This document shows positions 54,504-64,000 of a stretch of DNA of 64,000 bases, one piece after another. Under the pieces are notes generated by a model. It worked only from the letters and a program-made list of their open reading frames with translations. It did no database searches and had not been told where the DNA came from. The DNA is from Octopus sinensis (lineage: Eukaryota), in the NCBI RefSeq assembly GCF_006345805.1, contig NC_042999.1, forward strand, positions 105,028,001 to 105,092,000, written 5' to 3'. A program made the position numbers and the translations under genes. Position 1 is the first letter of the stretch. Every line of letters starts with the position of its first letter.

Positions 54504-54511
<8 letters not shown>
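54248..54511. repeat. Perfect palindrome, 129-bp arms and 6-nt spacer
   Basis: Arms 54248-54376 and 54383-54511; centre GGCC-TATCAT-GGCC. Confidence 0.92.
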
Positions 54512-54549
<38 letters not shown>

Positions 54550-54610
54550 GTGTATATGCTCACGCATATATATGTAGTCTGAATAAGAAAAAATAATTTA
54601 GTTTTATATA

Positions 54611-55876
54611 CGAGGGGCGTTCAATAAGTAATGCCTCTGACCCACTTGCATTTGTTTGATCTAGCTGAACTTTTGCATGTGCAATTATTTATATCTCTAT
54701 AGATGAAGTGGCAAATTACAGCTCTGAACTAATTGTGGTTTTTCATTTACAGGTGTTTGAACTGAGTCAAGTGTGAAATGAAGCATGTTGAGTGTCGAGC
54801 AGTGATCCGGTTTTTGTATTTGAAAGGACGCACACCACGGGAGACTTTTGATGAAATGAAAGTAACTTATGGTGATGATGCCCCATCATATGACCTTGTA
54901 AAACGCTGGCATCGTGAATTCAAACATGGTCGGAACTCTGTGGAAACAGCTCCCAGATCTGGTCACTCCTTCTGCCATTGATGAGGCATCTGTCTGTCAA
55001 GTTGAGGCTGCCATTTTGGAAGATCGACGCATAACTATTCGCCAAATAGCCCATGAGGTCAAGATTAGTACCGAGCCTGTGGAAACTATCATTCATGACC
55101 ATTTGCATATGCAAAAGGTGTCTGCCAGATGGATTCCCAGGTTGCTCACACCTTTCCAGAAGCAAGAACGCGTCGATTGCTCGAGGATGAATTTGGAGAT
55201 GTGCCAAGAAGATGAGTCAAAAATTTTCAAAATACTGATTGCATAGGATAAAACCTGGGTCCATCACTATGATCCAGAGACCAAAGCCCAGTCAATGCAG
55301 TGGAAGCACCGTGACTCACCTCCTCCAAAGAAGGCAAGGGTGCAGCCCTCCGCTGGCAAGGTCATGCTTACAGTCTTCTGGGACCAGGACGGAGTAGTGA
55401 AGACAGATTTCCTGGCAAAGGGTGCCACAATTACATGAGTCTATTATGCTTCACTTTTGAGGAAATTAAGAGAAGCTATCAAAATCAAGAGGCGGAGCAA
55501 GATCAGCAAAGGCATCCTCCTCCTGCAGGACAACGCAGATCAGAAGCACAGGCGTGCGGCTATGAACTCATCCCCCATCTCCCCTACTCTCCTGACCTTG
55601 CACCCTCTGATTTTCACCTCTTCCCATCCATGAAGTTGTTTTTGAAAGGAAAGCGTTTCCCAGATGATGCAGCCTTGATTTCTAAAGTCATGTCGTGGTT
55701 GCAGGACCGAGCTGGGGTCTTCTACAAAAACGGTCTTCAGAGCTGCATCAAACGATGGGAGAAATGCGTAACTCTGGGTGGTTCCTATGTTGAAAAAGAC
55801 TAATAACTGTTCCAAGTTTCGTTGCTCTACTGCTATGGGAAGTGGGTCAGTGGCATTACTTATTGAACGCCCCTCG
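54611..55876 (+). mobile_element. Near full-length mariner (DD34D-type) with TIRs and TA TSD; transposase pseudogene 54778-55803
   Basis: TIR cgaggggcgttcaataagtaatgcc at both ends, TA flanks; WIPRLL, DKTWVHHY, LLQDNA, PYSPDLAPSDFHLF; frameshift, stops and small deletion. Confidence 0.95.
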
Positions 55877-58139
55877 TAACATATTGACTGTTTGATATGT
55901 GTGAGGAGATACAAGACATAACAATAGTCTTTACTAAAGGTGTTTCCGATGTAAGCCAACTAAGTCAAGATTTGTTTTAGAGGTTGCAATTCAATTTTGA
56001 CTGAATGATGTTCTCGTAACTATATATTAACCGACTTACTGAAAAATTATACATACATCTTAAGTATAGTTGAGCAACTTGTACGACACGCTCTTCATAA
56101 TATCTTACAATTGATCATTTGATCGCGATAAAGAGAAAACCTCACGCACACACGTCCGTATACAATAAAAATGAACATTTTCCTCTTCCTTGGAATAATT
56201 AAATGAGAAAAAAGGGTTAAAGCATCAATAGCTATTTTACCAAATACTGTGCAGCATTGACAGTTAGTTTCAGGGAATGCTAAGAAAGTAAGATTGATTA
56301 CCACGAAGCAACCGATTTTAAGTTTCCTGTTTTTGTTACAGTAACTACAAGCATCGTCAATCATATATGAATAGATTGGACAGCAAAACAAAGGCAACTC
56401 CACATTAACGGCCACATTGCATACCACTGAACGACTCACATCATGTCAGAATATACAGTATGGTGCCAGTTCAGTGTGAATAATAGCCTATATGGCGTGC
56501 TCCAAATTATTCAACTGGCTACGTGTGTGTGCCGTAAGTCTATTCAATCATATCTTGAGCAGCAAAAATAAGGCTACATCTGCAAAGAAAATAACATTAA
56601 CAATAACAAAATGATAACAACAATAAAAAAAGAAACATTAAGCACTAAATATTTACAGGGCTTTCTAGAAAATTCACAACTGCTGCTCTCGTATTGATGT
56701 CTGTTGCTCTCTTAATCAACATATTCCTTATCTAGTTAAACCCATTAGAAGATGTCTTGTGTTACAATAGTTTCACTTTTCTACAGGAGGAACAGATATC
56801 ACATGAGACTAGATGAAACCGTTTCTTAAATAAATAGCAACAAAACTTATAATCTACCACATCATAACATGGTAATTTTATTTTCACTTTACCAGCTACT
56901 ATGAATAAAATTGCTGTTTTCTTTTTATCTATATATTCACTTTCTCATATAAACAGTGCTCTGTTCACTTCGGTTTGTCTTTTCTACATTTACAAGGACA
57001 CGTAGCCAATACATAGTTATTCAAGCTGTTAGACAAAGAAGTTAGAATTCCCTTCAATCACAGATGCTCATCTTACGTAAAATAAAGCACAGCTGCAAAA
57101 AATTAAATAAATATAATGAAATGATATAAGAAATAAAACCAAGGAGTGGGCTATGTTTGAAAATCTTTAATTATAACTTTGCTTGATTTGATCTGATGTA
57201 GTGCAAGACAAAATGATTATCCATTGCTACAAAACTTTCAATCTACTGAGTGGACCGTTAGTGTATATGTCACAACAAACATAATACAATGTCCCCATAC
57301 CATCACTTATCTTTGTGTCTTCCGAATATTATTGATTACATCAGTTTCATTGAAACACTACGCAATGTTTTCTATACTTTGTATTAGATTCAATGTAACC
57401 TCCAGAACAATGCGTATAACATTTCTTTAAAATACATTGAAATTTAGGTCTCCAAGATCAAAATCAGTCACATAAGTATGAAAACCAAAATTTTAAATAA
57501 GTAATTATCAGCGATATCATCCGATATCATCCTTAAGAGTAAATAATTAAAATGCAAAAGAAAAAAGAATATAAATTATTATTTTGCATGTGGTCTAGAG
57601 TGAATTCCGATGATGCTTGTGAAAATTCTTCTTTCCCATTTTTGATGAAGTTGTTTAGCTTCATTTGAAATCCTTTACCTAATTTCTCTCTGTTAAAACG
57701 AGAACAATAATATCTGTTTCGCTTTATATCAGACCAAACGCATTCGAAGCAATATTTCAGCTGACAGCACTCGACAAACGAACCGCCACAGCATATAATT
57801 TACAAATACACATCTCTATGAACAGCATAATTTCTGTTCCTCTCACTACTCCTCTAGCCAACGATGAAGCTTGAATGTCGTTGCCTTGACAACATACAAG
57901 TTCATTCATTGAAGCCTACATGCTTCAGATTTCGCCCCATTGTCTTAGAAACAGAAATTCAAAGTGCAAACTGTAGTTCCATATTTATCCAAGACCTATA
58001 TTTATTGTCATGGCTGGAGTGTTTTTGATCACTTTACTGATAAATGTCATCCTGGAAATAAACAACGATTACAGCAACGCTTCACAAGAATCGTATAAGT
58101 ATTTAATCGTCTCTTTTTTTTATCTTTCAACCATTATTA

Positions 58140-58810
58140 CGAGATGCGTTCAAAATGTTTCCGATTTCATTTTGCCACCAAAACTAATGCCACGTGGTCA
58201 AAGTCCTTTGGGTGGGAGATGACAACTCCCTTTCTGTGCATGCAAATATGGTTGCACCTCGGGGGACTGTGCATTACCCTTATGCAGGCTACATCCACAA
58301 CCGGAAACAAGGAGCCGATAGAGAATATTCGGTGAATAGTCATGGAAGGCCGTCGTGTAACAATCCTCCAAGAAATTACCCAGACAGTGGAAATACGCAA
58401 AGGATCAGTGCATTTCCATTTTCACAGAGGACTTGTGGATCCGGAGAGTGTCGCCGAAATTTGTCTCCAAGGTGCTAGTAGACCAATCGAAGCAATACTT
58501 CATGGAAATCGTTTAGGACATGCTGGACTGTGCAAACCACCATCCAGACTTCATGACGTGTACCATCACTGATAAGTTTTATGGACTCTGCTCGATATCT
58601 TCTGATACCTTCCGCGTAAAGGAAACTCTGACGACCGTGCAAAACACATCTGCATTCTAGGCATAACAGTGGAGATCTGATGTGGTCTATCGGCCCGAAG
58701 GTTTTCAAGTGTATGCAGGAAGGCTCGCGTCACCTCCCATTCAAACGATTTTGCGCATGCGGCATTAGTTTTGATAGGAAAATATTCGGATACATTTTTT
58801 AATGCTCTCA
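58140..58810 (+). mobile_element. Internally deleted mariner with imperfect TIRs
   Basis: TA-cgagatgcgttcaaaatgtttccga ... tcggatacattttttaatgctctca-TA; RRVTILQEITQTVEIRKGSVH HTH-like remnant. Confidence 0.7.
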
Positions 58811-59314
58811 TATGAAGCTTTTATTTTGTGTTTAATTATCTTATTATCTCGTAATTTAGTAAAATATACACGCACCTTACCACTTGTTTCTAGACCAATA
58901 TAATACAGTGCTATTTTGTTTAGAGAAACGTTTCGGTAAAAAGCAAAAATACCTAGCCCCGATCATTGTATCCCTATAACATAAATATATTCTACTACTA
59001 TGATTTTATGTTTACGAGAACAAAATGAACTTTGTAGATAAAATAGTTTATCTTTCAATAATACTTCTCTAAGAAACGTTGCTTAAAGCAAATATTGGTA
59101 TTTTTCAGCTGAGATAAGGAATATAACTGCAGCACTGAATAAATGTATTCTTACAAACAAAGTTTAATTTTATTCTTCTGATATTTATATTGCTTGTCAT
59201 AGAAATTTCTATTCTGCATGATTCTAATTTCAAATTACACCAGTGTGGTATTTGCTCTTATATGATTTTCAGTTTGATTAGTGAGGTAAATACTAGTAAA
59301 ATAATGAGTATTAT

Positions 59315-60330
59315 CGAAGGTCGGCTGAAAAGTTCATAAGCTGACTAAGATACACGCATGGAATGTCACCAATTAAAGTTTAGGTTTTCAACATAGTCCC
59401 TCCAGCGGATCGGTATTTCGTCTGCCGTTATGTTCTGAGATCAAATTCCGCCGAGGTCGACTTTGCCTTTCATCTTTTCAGGGTCGATACAGTAAGTACC
59501 AGTTGCGCACTAGGGTCGATGTATTCGTCTTAATCTTTTTGTCTGTTCTTGTTTGTCCTCTTTATATTTAGTCCCTTGTGGGCAATAAAGAAATGAGAAA
59601 TGAGATAGGGCCAAATGAGGCGAATGGGGAAGATGACCAACTAGTTGAAATCCACAATCACACACAGCAGCCATTGAAACCTAGGATTTGTGTCTTAGAG
59701 CATTTTCCTGGGCGTTCGGAATTAATAGACTTTCATAACTCATCAAGTTGGTACAGTACTCTCCGTTGATAGTATGGCCCCTTTAAAGATAGTCAATGAA
59801 TACAATGCCCTTTACGTTCCCCAAATGGGAGACCATCACCTTTCCTATAGATGAAATTTTGGAGCAGGTGAGGAGGGGTGTTTCCACTGCATGGATTGTG
59901 TCTGGCCCAGATTGATGAATCCAACACTTGTCCTGGGCGAGGAAACATTCAAGAAAAGTAATCATGTTGTGATTAGCCTAGTGCTCTTCGTCTGATATTT
60001 ATATTGTTTGTCATAGAAATTTCTATGTGATTAACCTTGTGCTCTTTTGCTCAGGTGTCACCAGGCGTGGCACCCATCGAGCAGAAACCTTCGTCATGCA
60101 ACGTTCTTTGTACAGAATATTCAACTCTCTCACGGAATATGCTAATAGCATTGCCTATTTGATTTATAGACAATGGTCCGTCATACATTACCATGTGGTG
60201 AACACGATCTGAACATGGGTCATCTTCAAGATTTTTATCGTCCTCTCTTAAATTCAGCTTCCCACTTTTGCACTGCTTCCATAGCTGAATCGTCATCACT
60301 TAATATAGCTACTATGTCAGCATGAATGTT
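59315..60330 (-). mobile_element. Decayed mariner interrupted by a SINE
   Basis: NLEDDPCS..SINQIGNAISIFRERV; DKCWIHQ; GKVMVS..KGIVFIDYL. Confidence 0.75.
59410..59594 (+). mobile_element. SINE family A copy nested in the mariner
   Basis: cggtatttcgtctgccg..caaattccgccgaggtcgactttgcctttcatc. Confidence 0.9.
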
Positions 60331-62336
60331 GTTGGGGTTAAAACAGTTTCTGCAAGTACTTGATAACACCATCGAGGAAAATTTTCTTCATTTTCAAGGG
60401 ATGTCGCTACTAGTTACATTTGAAGTCTCCTTTGAAAGGTCAGATGTCAGTTTATCTGGAAAGTAACAATGCAGTTATTAATAAGAAGGGTTGAAATTAA
60501 TGCCTGCACTATTTCACAGTTCTAGCATCATTCCTTTATAATCTTTTCACCTCACCCTCGTAACTAACATACATTATTGCTACTGGATAAAGCATTGGAT
60601 TATCAAGTCATTGTTTTGAATGAGCAAAACTATAGTCAAAATTGTTCCAGTCACAACTATTCCCTATCACCTTCAGAAATTGTATCTAAGTGAGCATTAC
60701 TTGATATGTATTTCATTTGAGGGAGCTTTCACTGATGCACTAACGGGTAAACCAAGCACGAAGTGTAGGGTGGAGCGAAAAATGCAAGAACCAATATTTT
60801 GTTGCAAATAAAGGTTAAAAGAAAGGTTCATAGAGAACATCGCAGTTAAATATTTTTCCGGCTCCGCAACGCAATTGAAAATTTAAAAAAATCGGTATTT
60901 TGGGTCGAATTTTGATTTCCTGGATTATGGTCAGTCATACATATTTTGTACATAGCAGAATGGGCAAAAGTAAATATAGTATCCTGAGGAGGTGACATGT
61001 CAAGTTTCGATACAATTGACTAATATCTGGAGTTTTCGCATTGACTATAATGAGAAAGGGGATGTGAACATTTCTCCAGTGCCGCTGCAACGGTCGTTGC
61101 GTGTAGACGTGCGTCGCGCGTGTTTGAGGTTTTCTGCTTTGTACCTTGACTTTAGATCATTGTATTAAACTTAATGATCGTGATAAATTTAGTGTTGTTT
61201 ACCATTAGTGATGACTCATAAGCCAATAACGCGTTATTATATTGAATGCCCACTATTTGGTGTTCCGTGTCATCTTAGTGACGTACTAAAATGAGTTTCA
61301 TTTGAACGACACAACGAAAATTGGCAAGATTGTAGCAGAAAAGATAATACTTCTTTGGCAAAAGGCATCCATCTCTTGTGTTACGAATGAGTCAGTTGAA
61401 CCGAAAATCTTAAACTTTAACTAAAGCGTTACTAAAATCTGGGAAAAATAGAAAAATATGTGCCATCGTTTCAAACTAAGTGTAATGTGTTTACAAACCC
61501 TGCAACAAAAGATTTATTTGACATTTCCTGTTGCAAGTGAAACTCCATTAAATACTGCAGTTGTAGTAGTGACAAAAAAGTACAACAAAGAGAACTATTT
61601 TTTTACAGGATCAACGGACAAATCGAAAAATTATCATTGGCGGAATAGATCAAGCAGTATCTAAATAGAACGTTCAGATGTTTATTCGTATTATTTAGTT
61701 ACATGGAATTATTTCGAATAAATGCTGAATGTTAACTATTTTTCTCACCAAAATGTGTCAAGAATCAAAAATTGATTTACACGTAATTTTATTTTAAAGT
61801 GTGTGTAATTAGACCTCATGTAACACATATATTCAGTGACCAATTATTGAAAATAATAAAGAAAATAAAGTAGGAAAGTCTATTTACTTCATATAATTTC
61901 GAAATTTCAAGTGCGTTGTGGAATCTAAAGTTATATATTTTAGAGCTTGAGATTTTAACACTCTTGTTTTTAAAGAATTTCGTAAAAGAAACCTAAATTG
62001 TAACAATGAATGTAAAAAAATAAAATGAGGAATGGCGAACGTGTTATAAATTGATTTTTCGCTCATTATTCAAAATTTCAAGTAGGCTACGGAGTCTGAA
62101 GATGCATAATTTAAGGACTTCAGACTGCAATACATTTGGTGCTATGGGATTTAGCAATAAACAATATATGTTTGGAAACATATATCGAAGATCTGTGTAA
62201 AAAGTACCTTTTTCTCTCCACCTTAACGTTCTATTTTGTATGTACAGTTAAGTTTACGTGCCTGATTTTTTCATCTGCTTGAATAAAATAGGGGCACGAA
62301 CACTACGGATTGTAATTCGTGGTTTACTAATTTTCA

Positions 62337-62685
62337 ATGGCTGAGTAAGATACATGGCTCAGTGGTTAGAACATGGGTTTCACAGCCATGAAGTAGTCAG
62401 TTCGATTCCCGGGGCAGGCTGTGTGTTGTATTCTTGAGCAAGACACTTCATTTCACGTTGCTCCAGTTCACTCAGCTGTAAGAATGAATTGCGACGTCAC
62501 TGATACCAAGCAGTATCGGCCTTTGCTTTTCCTTTGGATTACATCAGTGGCATGGACAGGGGAGGCTGGTATGCATGGGCGAGTGTTGTTCTTCCATAAA
62601 ACAACCTTGACCGAACTTGTACCTCGGCAGGCAAGTTTCTAGGTGCAGTCCCACGGTCAGTCATGACCGACCGAAGGGGTTCTAT
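62337..62685 (+). mobile_element. SINE family C, full length
   Basis: A box tggctcagtgg, B box gttcgattcc, then ttgagcaagacacttcatttcacgttgctccag. Confidence 0.85.
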
Positions 62686-63329
62686 ACCTTTTTTTATGGA
62701 GGAGTAAATATGTTTTACAGGTCTGGAAGACAATATAGTGAGACAAATACAATATATGAAACATGAGCAGCAGTTATGTATTGGCGTTGGTGGGGCATTA
62801 AGCTAACTTCACCTCTTACACAAATTGTGTGCTGTATAATTCATGAGCCACATCAGCTAGCGGTACCATCTGGGGTGAATACACCTAAGTGGTATTAAAA
62901 TGTTTATAGGGTCACTATGAGTGTAAAAACTGTGACAGCTCTTTCAGCTCCGTAGTTTTGTTATTCTTTTGGCAGATTTATGAAATTTCACCAATACTCG
63001 TACTGAAGTAATTCAAGACTACCACACATATGACATCGTTCACACATCTAGCAGAAATTAGAGTAGGTTTGGTACATTGTGATTAATGTATTTAATATCC
63101 CAATGCTTACAATTAATTTTCTCTATTTTGTAGGTAAAAACATTATTACAGTGATGTTCTGCAGTAGGCATGATGGATGTAAGGGAAAACTGAAATACTT
63201 GCTATTCAAAAAATGTAGGGCAGAATTGGACAGCTTAGTCCAGTCTATGCAGAATTTTTTCCAATGATATTAAGATGGAGTTTGGGCTCTCAAAATGTGC
63301 CACGATGTTGATGAGACCAAGAAAGTTTG

Positions 63330-63930
63330 TTAGAAACAGAAGACATAGGTTTGCCAACTGGTGAGAAGATGAAGGCAATTCAACCTCAATCCAGCTATAA
63401 ATACCTGGGAATACTTGAGGAAGATGGAAATAAATACAACGACACGAAGAAAAGACAAAAAGACAGTACCAGCGGCGAGTGAGAAAAATACTGGGTTCAA
63501 AGCTAAATGTTAGAGGCGTAATCTCGGCAATAAACTCGCGCGCAGTCGCAGCAATTCGGTATGACGCTGGAATCCTGAAGTGGACAGAGGAGTTAAAGGA
63601 AATGGACAGGAAGTCAAAGAAGCTTCTAACATTGCATGGAGTCCCTCATCCACGCGCAGACACAGATCGCCTTTACATAAAGAGAGCAACTGGAAGAAGA
63701 GGACTGATAAATGTGGAACACTGCGTACATATCGAACCCAAGAGCTTAATGAGAAACCTAGCCCAAAATGAGGAAACCTTGCTAGTGTCAGTTAAGAACA
63801 AGGGAGAATTGAAAGCAGAGAAAAAAGGAAAAACAAAGGAAGAAGTACAAAAAGGACATGAAGAAATACGCAAAAAGGGACCAAACTATGAATTCCATAT
63901 AGCCACAACAGAAAATGGGGGCTAAAGTGA
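63330..63930 (+). mobile_element. R4/Dong-like LINE RT fragment (fourth family)
   Basis: YKYLGILE; ISAINSRAVAAIRY..MDRKSKKLLTLHG.PHPRADTDRLYIKR..RGLINVEHC. Confidence 0.8.
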
Positions 63931-64000
63931 GGCAAGACGTGGTATTAGCACAAACCGCAGAGAGTGGCGGAGTCGAAGACTAGCAAAATCCTCTGGGATA

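Larger units (their letters stand above)
53372..54511 (-). mobile_element. Retrozyme-like tandem array: 2 x 492-bp HHR units plus inverted terminal arm, embedded in (TA)n
   Basis: Unit starts at 53372, 53864, 54356 (492-bp period); about 4 differences between units; one HHR per unit; no coding capacity seen. Confidence 0.9.

Noticed and set aside
60975-61015. GTATC-CTGAGGA..GATAC stem
   Set aside because: Lacks GAAA and UH in the required order; probably subterminal sequence of an unclassified DNA transposon.
62337-62420. tRNA gene
   Set aside because: A/B boxes are present but there is no cloverleaf, and it continues into a SINE body shared with 32385-32645.

Overview
AT-rich, repeat-dominated eukaryotic DNA, most likely from an octopod cephalopod (inferred from recalled SINE families; not verified by search). 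I could not identify any host protein-coding gene. Most ORFs in the track are translated microsatellites or decayed transposon fragments. The window holds R4/Dong-like REL-endonuclease LINEs (including a ~7.8 kb co-oriented pile-up), a CR1-group LINE, RTE and Tx1/L1 fragments, several Tc1/mariner and hAT fossils, two Helitron-like non-autonomous elements and three tRNA-derived SINE families. The main result is a set of type I hammerhead ribozymes (HHRs) in several unrelated Penelope-like (PLE) non-coding units. The best case is a young (TA)n-embedded array at 53372-54511. It has two ~99% identical 492-bp units, each with a complete minus-strand HHR, and ends in a perfect 264-bp palindrome whose 6-nt loop is inverted. 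This suggests a retrozyme-like circular-RNA retroelement copied by rolling-circle reverse transcription with hairpin-primed second-strand synthesis. A decayed PLE GIY-YIG ORF with its own HHR remnant (480-1500) is the kind of autonomous partner expected. All structures were folded by eye, ribozyme activity is untested, and repeat boundaries are approximate.
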